Below are positions 12,501 through 28,479 of a DNA stretch of 64,000 bases, piece by piece. The stretch comes from the human T2T-CHM13v2.0 reference genome, Homo sapiens, in assembly GCF_009914755.1 (NCBI RefSeq), contig NC_060947.1; one strand, given 5' to 3'. Below the pieces are notes generated by a model, which ran no database searches, was not told where the DNA came from, and was given only the letters and a program-made list of their open reading frames with translations. The translations under genes and the position numbers were made by a program. How positions within the stretch are numbered: the first letter of the stretch is position 1; every line of letters begins with the position of its first letter.

Positions 12501-15395
12501 AGCTGGGTCTTGTTTTTTTTTAATGCATTCAGCCACTGTATGGCTTTGACTGAAGAATTCAGTTTATTTACAGTCATTGTTTCTATTGATAAGAAAATAC
12601 TTACTACTATAATTCTGTTATTTGTTTTCTGATAGTTTTGTTTGTCCACTTTTTCTTTCTTCCTTCCTTCCTATCTTCCTTTATGAAAAGTGATTTTGTC
12701 TAGTAATATCTAGTTTCTTGCTTTTTAATTTTTATCTGTTATAGGTTTTTGTTTTGTGGTTACCATGAGGTTTGTAAATGACATTTTATATCCAACTGTG
12801 TTAAACTGATGAAAACTTAACTCTGATTACAAAGCAAAGAACAAAAGTCAATAAGAATGCAAAGAGAAGACTAAAAAAAGCTCTACATTTTAATTCCATC
12901 ACCCTCATTTTTGACTTTTTCTTGTCCCTTTTTATGTTTTTTTAATATAAAATCGATTTCTTAAAATTTGTTGTAGTTATTTTTGATGGGGCTGCCTTTA
13001 AGTAGTCTTCCTTCTAAGGATTTACATACCACAATTACAATGTTAGATTATTCTGTATTTGTCTGTTTGCTTACTATTATCAGTGAATTTTATACCTTTT
13101 GATTTTTTTTTTGGTTTGTTTTCTGACATTCTTTTCTTTCCAATTGAAGAACTTCTTTCAGCGTTTCTTGTAAGACAAGTGTGGTGTTGATGAAATCTCT
13201 CAGCTTTTGTTTTTCTGTGAATTTTTATTTCTCCTTCATGCTTTCAGGATAATTTTGCTGGCTATAATATTGTGTGTTGGAAGTTGTTTCCTTCAGTACT
13301 TTGAATATGTCACTACGTTCTCTCTTGTCCTCTAAATTTTCACTGAGAAGTCTACTGCCATAAGTATCAAAGTTCTTTATATGCGATTTGCTTCTTTTCT
13401 CTTGCTGCTTTTAAGTTGCTTTCTTTATCCTTAAACTTTGAGAGTTTGATTAATATGTACCTTGAGGTAGTCTTATTTGGGTTTAGTCTCTTGGTGTTCT
13501 GTTACATTCTTGTACCTGGATATTCATATCTTTCTCTTGGTTTGGATCATTCTGCTATTATTTCTTTGAGTAAACTTTCTACCTGGATCTCTGTCTTTAC
13601 ATTCTCTTTAAAGCCAATAACGCTTAGATTTGCCCTTTTGAGATTATTTCCTAGGTCTTGTGGGTATACTTTATTCTTTTTATCGTTTTGTTTCTCCTAT
13701 CACTGTATATTTTCATATCACCTGCTTTCCAGCTCAGTAATTCTTTTTTTCTGCTCCATCAGTTCTGCTGTTGAGAGACCCCAATGCATTTTTCAATTGA
13801 CTCTTTCAGCTCCAAAATTTCTGCTTGTTTTTTAAAAAATTATTTCAATCTCTTTGCTAAATTTCTCTAATGGAATTCTGAATTCCTTCTCTATGTTATC
13901 TTGAAGTTCTTTGATGTTACTGAAAACAGCCATTTTAAATTCTCTGTCTGAAAAGTCACATAGCTCCATCACTCTGATTGGTCATTGGTGTCTTAGTTAC
14001 TTTAGCGAGGCCATGTTTTCCTGGATGTTCTTGATGATTATGGATGTTCCTTGGCATTGAAGAGTTAGGTATTTATTCCAATCTTCACAGTCTTGCTTCT
14101 ATGATCCTTTTTGAGAAGGCTTTTATTTTTATTTTCAAAGAGGGTTGAGTGTTGTGATCTAAACCTGTATTCACTGCACTTGTGTTTACACTAAGGGGTG
14201 ACCTATGGCTAGGAATGCTGCAACTCTTGCCAACTCCTATATGCATAGCCCTGGTGGGCTTGTGTAAGAGAAGGAATAATTCCCTGAATTATAGGGCAAA
14301 GTCTCTCACTCTCTTCTCTCTCTTTCCCCTAAACAGAAGGAGTCTCTCTTCTCCCTGGGTTGCCTGAAGTTTGGGGAAGGATGACATGAGAAGTCCCATG
14401 GCCACCATAGCTAGCAATACACCGAGTTATACCTGAAGCCAGCATATTCCTGAGAGTTGCCCAAGTCTCATGGCAACTACTGCCTGGCTACTGTTGATGT
14501 TTATTCAAGTCCCAAGGGTTCTTTCATCAGCAGGTGTTGAATCCTGCTAGGCCTGAGTCTTTCCTTCAGAGGAGTGAATTTCCTTCTGGCTCAGGGTGGG
14601 TCTAGAAATGCCTTCCAAGTGCTAAGACCTGGAATAAGGATCTTCAGGAATCCACTTGGTGTTTTCTTTTATTGTGACTGAACTGGTAATCAAGTTGCAA
14701 GACAAAGTCCTTTGTACTCATCCCTTTTGTTTCCCTAAGCAAGAAGAGTCTCTACACAAGCTGCAGTGCCTGGAGTTGTGGGAGGGGTGATGTGAGCACT
14801 CTCTTTGCCACCACAGCTAGTGTTGCAATGGGTCATGCACGCCCCAATTCTACTGCTTTAAAACCAGCACAGATCCAGAGCTTGCACAAGGACTGTAGTC
14901 CTTCTGACCTAACTGCCACTTAAATTTATTTCAGGTCTCAGGCCACTTTAGTCTGCCAGTGGTGGGGCTAGCCAGGACTCAATTTCCTTTTGCTAGAGCT
15001 AAGAATTTCTTTGAGCACTGTGCTAGTCTCACTGCTTCCTCTGTGAGCACAAGCAGAATTCTGCCCTGTGTTATGGTATGCTGTGAAAGGGCAGCACTGA
15101 GTTCCAATACAAAGTCCCACATTCACTTCACTGTCCCTCTCCCAAGCACACAGATTCTCTCTTTGTGTGGTGCTAATGGGGATGGGGTAGGGGTGGTATA
15201 TTAATGCAATACTGTCTTTCCTACATTGCTCAATGTCTCTTTCCTTGATATAATGTAACAACCAGTTACTGTGATAACTTACCTGACTTTTGGTTCTTAT
15301 GAAGGTGCTTTTTTGCATAGATAGTTGTTCAATTTGGTGTTCCTGCAGGGAGACGATTGCTGGAGGGCTCTATTTGGCCATCTTGCTCTGCCTCC
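9552..15395 (-). mobile_element. L1MA3/4-like LINE-1, remainder including 5'UTR (segment 2)
   Basis: Continues the sequence interrupted at 2051; decayed ORF2/ORF1 peptides (MKDLYNENYKTL); 5' terminus GGAGGCAGAGCAAGATGGCC at ~15376-15395. Confidence 0.88.
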
Positions 15396-18300
15396 AGTCT
15401 AATATTTTTTAATAAGTGCCTCGTTGCTTTGCTTTTCTGATACCTTACCTATGAAGTCATGTATTAAAAATAATTCCTGAGGAGCTGAAGAAAGAAAGCC
15501 ATTAAACAAAAGGTATCTGCACTCCCACTGCTTTTATTCTTTAACATATCTGATTTTCTTATTCACAAGGTCAACATACCCTGTTTCTATTCCACTCCTA
15601 ATATAAATATGCATAAATCCTGTTGTGGGTTTATAGGACCTTGATTAAAAGAGACTTTAAATGCAACATTTGAAATTCTTACTTTGTCAGACTAGAGATT
15701 TTTATATCTAGCACAGTATAGTAAAAAAAATAGGGCTGGATGAGAGATATGATATTCTTAGTAAAATGTGTGGAGAATAAATACAGATACATTCTCAGGT
15801 AGTTCTATGTTAAGGAAGACATCACATGGAAGTTGAGGATCTAGAATTGAGTCTTTAAAAATATTTATGCTGCTGTTTCATTTGGAAAATGTCCCATTAC
15901 ACCAGGCTTATGCATACTCATCTGAAAACCACTATTGTAGTGACGTAGATTCACTAGAAGGCTGCATCCATATAATGTCAAAGGAATCAAATATTTGAAT
16001 CAACACATTGACAAGTAATTTGTCAGTTAGGGTATGCAATCAGCTGACCAATTCAGGGAAAGAATCATTTAAATTAGCTTTTTTTGTTGTTTCATATAAG
16101 CCAGTTTATATGGGCCAAACCAATAATTGGCAAACAAACTTACTTTTTAAAAAATAGGCTTTATTTTTTAGAGCAGTTTTAGGTTCACAGCAAATTTGAG
16201 AGGAAGGTATAGAGATTTTCTATATACTCCCTGTTTCCACATATGCTTAGCATCTGCCATTGTTAATACCTCACACTAGAGTAGTACATTTGTTACAATT
16301 GATAAACCAACATTGACACATCATTACCACCCAAAGTCCTTAGTCTACATTAGGGCTCACTCTTGCTATTGTAGATTCTGTGGATTTAAAAATATATATA
16401 TAATGACATGTATCCACCATTATACTATCAACAGAGGAGTTTTACTGCCCTAAAAATCCATCGTGCTCTACCTATTCATCCTTCTCTCTTCCTCAACCCC
16501 TGGCAACCACTCATCTTTTTCAATGTTTTCAGAGTTTTGCCTTTTCCAGAATGTCACATATTAGAATCATAATGTAGGCTTTTCTCATTGGCTTATTTCA
16601 CTTAGTAATTTAAATTTAAGTTCCTCCATGTCTTTCAATAGCTCTATAGATAATTTCTTTTTAGTGCTGAATAATATTCCATTGTTTGGATGTACTACAT
16701 TTTATTTATCCATTCACCTACTCAAGAAAGCCATCCAAGTTTTGGCAATTCTAAATAAAGCATCTATAAACATCCATTTACAGGTTTTCATGTGGACATA
16801 AGTTTTCAGCTTCTTTGGGTACACACCAAGGAGTGTGGTTGCTAGACTGTATAGTAAGAGTATGTTAGTTATGTAAAGAACCACTAACTGTATTACAAGG
16901 TGAATGAACCATTTTGCATTGCTGCCAGCAACGAATGAGAGTTCTTATTCCTCCATATCCTTGTATCTTCTTTGTTAATCTATCTGTAAAGGTCTTTGAC
17001 CCATTAATTAACTTAGTTTTTAGTTTTCTTATTGTTGAACTGTAAGAGTTATTTATGTATTTTGAATTATAATCCTTTATTAAATGTCCTCTGCAAATAT
17101 TTTATCTTGACCTATGGCTTGTCTTTTGATTCTCTTGACATTGTCTTTTGTGGAGCAGAACATTTTAGTTTTAATGAATACCAGCTTATCAATTATTTAT
17201 TTCATGGATTGTGCCTTTGGTATTGTAGCTAAAAAGCCATTGCCAAACCCAAGGTCATATAGATTTTTTCCTATGTTATCTTCTAGGAGCTTTATAGTTT
17301 GCATTTTATATTTTGGTCTATGATCCATTTTGAATTAACTTTTGGGAAGGTTATAACATCTGTGTTTATATTTATTTATTTTTTTTGCATGCGGATGTCC
17401 ACTTCCTCCAGCACAATTTGCTAAAAGGATTATCTTTTACTCATTGTATTGTCTTTGCTCCCTTGTCACAATTCAGTTAGCCGTATTTATGTGGGTCTAT
17501 TTCCAGGCTCTCTATTCTGATTCATTGACATATATGTCTTTTATTTTACCAATACTACAATGTCTTAATTACTATATAGAAAGTTTTGTTGTCAAGTAGT
17601 GTCAATACTTCAACTTTCATCTTTTTCTTCAAGATCGTATTGGCTATTCTGAGTCATTTGTCTCTCCATATAAAGTTTAGAATCATTTTATTGATATCCA
17701 AAAAATAACTTTCTGGGATTAAAATTGAGATTCTCCTGAAACTGTAGATGAAGCTGGAGATAACTGACATCTTGACATTATTGAATCTACCTATCAATGG
17801 ACATGGGATATTTCTTCATTTATCCAGTTATTCTTTTATTTCTTTCACCAGAGTTCTGTGCTTTTCTTCATATGGATCATGTGCATATTTTGTTTGATTT
17901 ATACCTTATTATTTTATTTTTTGGAGTGCTAATATAAATGGTATTGAAGTTTTAATTTAAAATTCCACTTGTTCATTGCTGGTATATAGGAAAGCAATTG
18001 ACATTTGTATATTAACTTTGTATCCTGCAACCTTGCTATAATCTCTTATGAGTAACACATTTTTTTGTTGATTCTTTTGGATTTCATACACACAGTCAAC
18101 CATATCATCTACAAAGACACTTTTATTTCTTCCTTCACAATAGGTATACTTTTTATTTCATTTTCTTATTATATTAACTAGGACATCCAGTACAGTGTTG
18201 AAAGCAGTGGTGAGAGATGCCATCTTGGATTTTGCCTGATCTTAGTGAGAAAGTTAGTCTCCATTAAGTAAGCAGTTAGTTCTAGGTGTTTTGTAGCTAT

Positions 18301-18451
18301 ACTTTATCAAGTCGAGGAAGTTGCCTTCTATTCCTATTAATGGTTACTGAGAATTTTTTTAATCATAAGCAGATGTTGGATTGCATCAAATGCTTTTTCT
18401 GCATTTATTGATATGAGCATGTAATTTATTTTCTTTAGCATATTGATGAGA

Positions 18452-18910
18452 CAGTTGACCCTTGAACAATGTGGAAAATAGGAGCACCAATACCCTGCAC
18501 AGTCAAAAAGTCATGTGTAAGGCTCCAAAATCTTCACTAATAGCTGGCTGTTGACTGGAGGCCTTGACAATAACATAAACAGTTGTTTAATATATATTTT
18601 GTATGTCATATGTATTATATACAGTTTTTTACAATAAAGTAAGCTAGATAAAAGAAAATGTTATTAAGAAAACTGTAAGGAAGATAAAATATATTTACTT
18701 TTCATGAAGTGGAAGTGGATCATCACAAAGGCTTTCATTCTTGTCTTCACATGGAGTAGTCTGAGAACAATGAGGTCTTCCTCATTGTTGGTCTTACACT
18801 CTCAAAGGAGATAGAGGAAGAAGAAAATTTGTGGTTTATATTTGTAGTTTAAGAAAATTTATATCAGTGGATCCACACATTTCAAATTCTTGTTGTTCAA
18901 GGGTCAAGTC
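18452..18910 (-). mobile_element. Tigger2a (MER28) non-autonomous TcMar-Tigger DNA transposon
   Basis: TIRs CAGTTGACCCTTGAACAA / TTGTTCAAGGGTCAAGTC; internal GAAGTGGAAGTGGATCATCA; TA on the right flank. Confidence 0.9.
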
Positions 18911-21900
18911 TAATTGATTTCAAAAGTTGAAACAGTCTTACAAACCTGAGATAATTCCCACCTGGTCATGGTGTATAATTTCTTATACATTGTTGGAATT
19001 GATTTGCTAATACTTACGTGAAAATTTTTGAATCTATGTTCACAAGAGATATTGGTCCGTAGTTTTCTTATAATTTTGTCCAGGTTTTTGTATGAGAATA
19101 ATGCACAGAATGGATTTGAAAGTAATTCCTCTCTTTCTATCTTCTGAAGGAGATTGCAGAGAAATGGTGTGGTTTTTTCCTTAGATGTTTGGCAGAATTC
19201 ACCAATGACTTCACCTGTGCCTGGTGCTTTCTATGTCGAAAAGTTAATAATTATTGACAATTCCTTTAATAGACAGAGGCTTGTTCAGATTGCCTATTTC
19301 TTCTTGTATGAGTTTTGGTAGATTGTGTCCTTCAAGCAATTGGTCCGTATTATCTAGATTATCAAATTTGCAAGCATAGAGTTGTTCCTGGCATTCCTTG
19401 ATTATTTTTCTAATGTTCATGGGACCTGTTGTGATGATCCCTCCTTAATTTTTGATCTTAATAATTTGTGGTCTCTCTCTTTTTTCCTTGGTTAGCCTAG
19501 CTAGAAGCTTATTCACTTTGTTGAGCTTTTGTCAAAGAACTGGCTTTTGCTGATTTTCTTTGTTGATTTTGTGTTTTCAATTTCATGGCTTTCTACTCTA
19601 ATTTTTATTATTTCCTTTTTAATAAATATTTTGTTCACTTTAGACATATTTTTCTCTTCTTTTTCTAGTTTCTACAGGTGGGTGCTTAGACAATTGATTT
19701 TAAAATTTTCTTTTCTTTTGATTATAATATAATTTTTATTCTTTTTATATGACTAATACTTAGTAAAAATCCCCTTTTCTGATATATGCATTCAGTGCTA
19801 TAATTTTCCCTCTAAGCACTGGTTTTACCGTATCCCACAATTTTGATAAGTTTTGTTAGTATTTTAAGGTAGTTCAAAATATTTATGAATATTTCTTGAG
19901 ATTTATTATTTGACTCATGTGCTATTTAGAATTTTGTTACTTATTCTTCAATTATTTGAGGGTTTAACAGCCATCTTTCTGTTTAATTCCTAGTTTAATT
20001 CCACTGTGGTCTGAGATGTATGATTTATATTTTATATATTTGTAAAATACAGTCAAAGCATTTTATGTTTCACAATGTTGTCTCTCAGTATGAGCTTAAT
20101 ACAAATGCATGTGCTGCTGTTGTTGGGCGAAGTAGTATATAGATGTCAGTTATATCCAGTTTTTGATGATATTTTTGAGTTCAACTTTGTCCTTACCGGT
20201 TTTCTGCCGCTGGATCTGCCCATTTCTGATAGAGGCATGTTGTAGTCTCTAATAGTAGATTGATCTTTTTTCCTCAAGGTTCTGTAATATTTTACATCAT
20301 ATATTTTGACACTCCGTTCTTAGGTGCATACATATTAAGGATTATTACGTCTTCTTTGAGAGTGGATCACTTTATCATTGTGTAATGTCCCTGTCTATTT
20401 CACACTACTTCCTTTGCTCTGAAGTCTGTTCCATTTAAAATTAATATAGCTGCTCCTGCTTTCTTCTGATTAATGTTAATATGGTATGTTGTTCTTCATT
20501 CATTTACTTTTAATCTCCTTGTGTCTTTATACTTAATGTGGGGTTCCTGTAGAGTACATACAGTAGAGTCTTGTTTTTGATGCACTCTGTCAAACTCTGT
20601 CATTTAATGTGCACATTTAGATCATGTAATTCATGTAACGTAATTCGTACAAAGGTTCAAAGTGATTATTGATATAGTTGGATTCATATGTACATTTGTT
20701 ACTATTTTCTCTTTATTTTACCTTCATTTATTTCTTGTCTGATACTCTTCCTTTCTTTATGTATGTACTACTGTCTGACCTATAACATTTTTGTTTTCCC
20801 TAAAGAACTGTTTGTTTAAAACTTTTATTGCAAGGCAGGTATATTTGCTCAAGTTTCTACAATTGTTATTTGTTTTGGAAGGTTTTTATTTCTCCCTCAG
20901 TTTTGAAGGATAATTTCACAGGATATAGAATTCTAGGCTGATGTGTTTTTTTCTTCTCTTAACACTTTCAATATTTCACTCCACTCTCTTCTTTCTTACA
21001 TGGTTTCTGATGAATAGTTAGACTTAATTCTTCTCTTTGCTTCTCTATAGATAAGGTGCTTTATTTACCCCTCTGAGTTCTTTCAGAACTATTTCATCTT
21101 TGATAATTGTAGTTTAAAAATAATATGCCTAGGTGTAGCTTCTTGGCATTTGTTCTGCTTGGTATTCTCTGAGTTTCTTGGATCTGGGGTTTGGTGTCAG
21201 GCATTTATTTAAAGAAATTCTCATTCATTTTTGCTTTAAGTGTGCCTCTATTCCCTTCTCTATGTGTTTTTCCTTCTTGTATTAACATTTTCTAAGTTAC
21301 AGTTTTTGCAGTTGCCTCACACTTATTGGATATTCTGTTGTTTTTCTTTATTCAGACTTTTCTGTTTCTCTTTTTTTCAGTTTTGGAGGCTTCTGCTGAG
21401 ATATCCTCAAGCTCAAGGATTCTTTTATCAGCCATGTACAGTCTATTAATAAGTGCATGAAAGATCTTTCTCATTTCTATTACAGTGTTTTGATCTCTAG
21501 CATTTCTTTTTGATTCTTTATTAGAATTTTCCTCATTCTGTTTACATTGCCCATCTGTTCTTGTATGCTGTCTACTTTATCAGTTACAGCCCTTAGCATA
21601 ATAAGAATAGTTTAAAATTCCCGGTCTGATAATTCTAGCATCCCTGCCATATCTAATTAGGTTTTGATGCTTGTTCTTCAAGCTGTATCTTTTTCCTTTT
21701 AATATGCTTTATAATTTTTTGATAGCCAGACATGATGTGTTTGTTAGGTAAAAGTAACTGTTAATTAAGCCTTTAGTAATGTGGTGGTAAGATGTGTGGG
21801 GAAGAAAATAATTCTGTAGCCTTTTTTATTTTATTTATTTTAAGGTTGGGGTACATGTGCAGGTTTGTTATATAGGTAAATTCATGTCCCAGGGGATTGT

Positions 21901-22593
21901 TGTACAGATTATTTCATGACCAAGTTACTAAGCCTAGTACTCAGTAGTTATTTTTTTCTGATCCTTTCCCTCAACCTACTCTCCAGCCTCAGGTAGGTCC
22001 CAGTGTCTGTTGTTCCTCTCTATGTATCCATATGTTCTCATCATTTAGCTCTAACTTATAAGTTAGAACATGCAGTATTTGGTTTTCTGTTCCTGTGTTA
22101 GTTTGCTAACGATGATAGCCTCCAGCTCCATCCATGTTCCTGCAAAGGACATAAGCTTAATCTATTTTATGGCTGCACAGAATTCAATGATATTTTATAT
22201 ATATATATATATATCCCACATTTGCTTTATACAGTCTACCATTGATGGGCATTTAGGTTGATTCCATGTCTTTGCTATTGTGAATAGTGCTGCAATAAAC
22301 ATACGTGAGCAAATGTCTTTATGGTAGAATGACTTTGGATATACAGCTAGTAATGGGATTACTGGATCAAATGGTAGTTCTGCTTTTAGTTCTTTGAGAA
22401 ATGACCACACTGTTTTCCACAATGGTTGAATTAATTTATACTCCCACCAGCAGTGTATAAGCATTCTCTTTTCTCCACAACCTCACCAGCATCTGTTATT
22501 TTTTGACTTTTTAACAATAGCCTTTCTGACTCATGTGAGATGGTATGGCATTGTGGTTTTGATTGGCATTTCTCTAATGCTCAGTGATATTCA

Positions 22594-22887
<294 letters not shown>

Positions 22888-23050
22888 TTAATGAAGTTGT
22901 TTGTTTTTCTCTTATACATTTGTTTAAGTTCCTTATAGATGCTGGATGTTAGACCTTTGTTGGATGTATAGTTTGCAAAAATTTTCTCCCATTCTGTAGG
23001 TTGTCTGTTTACACTGTTGATAGTTTCTTTTGCTGTGTGAAAGCTCTTTA

Positions 23051-23106
23051 GTTTAATTATATCCCATTTTGTTTAATTATATCCCATAGTTTAATTATAT
23101 CCCATT
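23051..23106. repeat. Three tandem copies of GTTTAATTATATCCCAT (~18-20 bp period)
   Basis: Read directly from the sequence. Confidence 0.95.
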
Positions 23107-23580
23107 TCAATTTTGGCTTTTGCTGCTATTGCTTTTGGCATCTTTGTATGAAAAAGTTCCTATGTCCAGAATGGTATTGCCTAGGTTGTCTTTCAGGGTT
23201 TTTATAGTTTGGGGTTTTACATTTAAGTTTTTAATCCATCTTGAGTTGTCTTTTGTATATGGTGCAAGAAAGGAGTCCAGTTTAAATCTTCTGAATATGG
23301 CTAGCCAGTTATCCCAGCACCGTTTACTGAATACAGAATCCTTTTCCCATTGCTTGTTTTTGTCAGCTTTGTCAAACGTGTGATGGTTGTAAGCGTGCAG
23401 CCTTTTCATGAGCTCTCTATTCTGTTTCATTGGTCTCTGTGTATGTTTTTGTACCAGTACTATGCTGTTTTGGTTACTGTAGCCCTGTAGCATAGTTTGA
23501 AGTTCAGTAGCATTATGCCACCAGCTTTGTTCCTTTTGCTTAGGATTGCCTTAGCTATTCTGTAGTCTTATAATTACATC

Positions 23581-23649
23581 ATTGTGCACATGTACCCTAA
23601 AACTTAAAGTATAATAATAATAAAATTAAAATAAAATAAAATAATAATA
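23581..23649 (+). mobile_element. Extremely 5'-truncated young L1PA (last ~30 nt plus tail)
   Basis: ATTGTGCACATGTACCCTAAAACTTAAAGTATAATAATAATAAAA; TSD ATAATTACATC at 23570-23580 and 23650-23660. Confidence 0.9.
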
Positions 23650-24211
23650 ATAATTACATCTCAGTCTTTAGTGAGCCTGTTACCCTGGACTGTGAACTTC
23701 TTATGAGCTTCTAATCCCCCCTCTTAGTTGATGCAGGATGGTTAGACTGGGCTGGAGTTGGGCATTTCTCTTCTCCTAGGTCACTTAGCCTCTGATAAAA
23801 CCAACCCTTTAAGGGTTGCTCTGTGTATTTCAAAATGTTTCCTTTACCCTCTCCCTACTCTGATATTCACTGCGAGAATCTCAGGGCACTTTTGGAGATA
23901 AAACTTGTAAAAGCGAGTCCTATGCCCCACGGCTGGATCCACTGGAGTTTTAACTCTCAGAGTTGCCCACACTGAGCCTCCAGCTAGTCATCAATTATAG
24001 TTCAGGTTTTCCTACCCTAGCACTGGTTTCCTCAGAAGTTTCTGCTCTTTTAAATTGCGACTCTATATTTACCATCTCTGTCTTCAATTTTGGAGGCAGT
24101 AGTTTGCACTGAGACCTCACTTCATTTATGGCTCTAAGAAGAGTTAATTTTTCCATTTTTTCAGCTTTTAAAATCTGTATTTGGAGTTGTGGGGTTTTTT
24201 TTTGTAGGGGA

Positions 24212-24926
<715 letters not shown>

Positions 24927-25239
24927 GGGATTTTTTTCAAAACATCCCTGCATTTTTTTTAATACAAATGGTTTAACTCTTTTGGACAGTGGATCTAAAT
25001 ATGCATGTTCATTACTGTAATTTTGTTTGCCTGTGGTCTCAATTTAAAACATTTAAGTAAAATATTTACAATATTTTAGTATTTATTATATTCTGAACTG
25101 ACTAAACTAGATTTTCTGATCATTTTAAAGCATGGAAATCTGTAATAATGACTTGAAGAAAAGAGTCAAATTATGCATACTAAATGTCTTAAATAACATT
25201 TGAATTTCTTCAAGATTTTTGTTGAAAAAAATGCCACCT

Positions 25240-25567
25240 TCTTATATTTTGCAGCAACATGGATGGAATTGGAGGCCATTATCCTAAGTGAAATGATTCA
25301 AAACAGAAAGTAATAAACAACATGTTCTCACTTATAAGTGGGAGCTAAAACAACGGGTACTTGTGGACATAAAGTTGGAAATAATAGTAGACACTGAGGA
25401 CTACAGAAGATGGGAAAGTGGGAGGCAGTGAAACATGAAATACTACCCATTGGTTACAATGTGTACTATTCAGGTGTTGGGTACACTAACAGCCCAGAAT
25501 TATGCAATCCATCCATGTAACACACTTGTGCTTGCGCCCCCTAAATCTATAAAAATAATAATAAAAA
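25240..25567 (+). mobile_element. L1PB3/4-like 3' end fragment
   Basis: GCAGCAACATGGATGGAATTGGAGGCCATTATCCTAAGTGAA ... CCCCTAAATCTATAAAAATAA. Confidence 0.82.
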
Positions 25568-26034
25568 GGAAATTGTCAGAAAAAAGTGACATAAAATTCT
25601 AATGTTAAAATTTTTGAAAAGCTTTAAGAAAAAAGCAGAAACAATGCTACATTCTATATGTCATTCTCTTCTTCAGGATGTGGAGCCACTTGAATATTTC
25701 TACTTATTTCTGGAAATCAGCAGGGTGCCATCAACTTGAATTTCCTCATGACCTTGATCATAGTGGAAGTTGAGGGTTTAAGTTATTCAATAGAGTCCTC
25801 ATTGATTTAGCCTTTCATCAAATCTTGTCATGAAACATAGTAAGATTCTACCCCTTGAAAAAGAATACTTTCCTTGTTTTTTTTTTTTAGTTTACAGAAA
25901 TGCCTTATACAATTTTTTTTTAATAATCAGTGATTTGGTGGAGGAAGAAAGCAACCAAAATTAGTGAAATAATTTATAGAGTAATTCGTGTATGTGTGTG
26001 TGTGTGTTTGTTTGGGGATCAGCTCACAATCTCA

Positions 26035-26170
26035 TTTATTTTCAATTCTTGATTGACAAACAATAGTTTTGTATATTCATGTGTTACAATGTGACTTTTT
26101 TTATCTCTGTATACATTATAAAAAGATTCAAGCAAATTAACATATTGATCACCTCACCAGCTTATCATTA
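26035..26170 (-). mobile_element. L1MA-type 3' terminal fragment
   Basis: ATTGACAAA...TGTATATTCATG...TACAATGTGA...ATTAACATA..ATCACCTCAC motif string. Confidence 0.6.
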
Positions 26171-26205
26171 TATTCTTTCTCGTACAATCGAATGAAGATA
26201 AAGTG

Positions 26206-27172
<967 letters not shown>

Positions 27173-28479
27173 TAAAGTGGTTATTGAAAGAATGTATTTT
27201 CTCATTTTCCGTGAATATTGGGTATACCATATATCTACAAATTCCTTTCTTTTTAAGTATATACCTAGTGCAAGTGGGTATCACACCAGTCCATATACTC
27301 ATATTTACATATTCGTTAATAATAGTGCCTCTGAATTAATGAGAAGCTCTGCCTGTTTATTTTGCATATACTATAAAGTAAAAAAAAATGTTTCAGTTAG
27401 AATTCCGTTGGCATGAAGAGAACAATTAAGGTCCCATATGAAGCATACTTTTCTACATAAATATATATTATAGTCTTTGACGTTGCAAAAGACAGGGTAG
27501 GAATTAGAACTTGGGTATTTGTAGATTAATTGATCTCTCCAAGGATTTTATTGGTATCTTATGTGGTATTTTGTCCCCTTACTTGAAAATAGTTACACTA
27601 AGTGACTTAAGTTTCTCAACAGGTCTTTCCAATATTTTTCCCATTTATATGCAAACAATGCTATTTGCTTATTTTGTGGAAGAGTATAACTGTCACATGA
27701 TAAAATTAAATATATGTTCAATGTGTTTGTGATCCATTATTCTATTATAATAGCCAGTTATTGAAAAATGCTAATGGATCAGAGGCAGAACCCAATCTAA
27801 ATGGAAGCTACAGATCAGCTTCAAAAGCACAATCTTTATCTAGGTAACTGAGTCATTCAGAAACCAAGTTTAGATCCAATCCCTTTATTAACATATAGCT
27901 TTAAATAAGTGGTGCAAAAGCTGAAAATGACTAATGTTCTTGTCATTTTTTAAGTCTCCTCTAACTTAAGGCTTGGTATATAATTATATCAATGCCAAAT
28001 ATCTTACGTGGGCAGCATATTATTTGTTTATGTTTGTTGCCTGGAAAATGAAAATAGATTTATTTTTTCACTTGTTGTAAATGCAATATATTTTCAGTTT
28101 AAAACAAAAGAAATAATGACATTAACATTAATACCTACAAGTAATAATCCAATATATAAATATCACCTATATTTCTACCATGCAAATAGAATTATAAAGA
28201 CATTTTGATTGACATTCTTCCAGACAATTCTACTTTTTGCTTTGGCCATTTTCATTCACTCAAAAAATATTTATTGAACATCTAATGGAACACAAGGTAA
28301 TAACATAATCTGCTTTTTCTTGTTGTTGTTTAGATCTCAAGTACATAGAATTTAGTTGCTCATACTGCTCAGTTCCTGTCATGTTGTCAGCATGAGCCTT
28401 GGCTACACTACTATTTTATTTTATATTTATTTTTCATTTTCCTATTTGTTCTCCAAAAGTATGCCTCTTCCCTTCTCTC

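Noticed and set aside
25660-25780. Possible exon after the acceptor-like TTCTCTTCTTCAG at 25676
   Set aside because: No convincing donor or recognisable coding frame.
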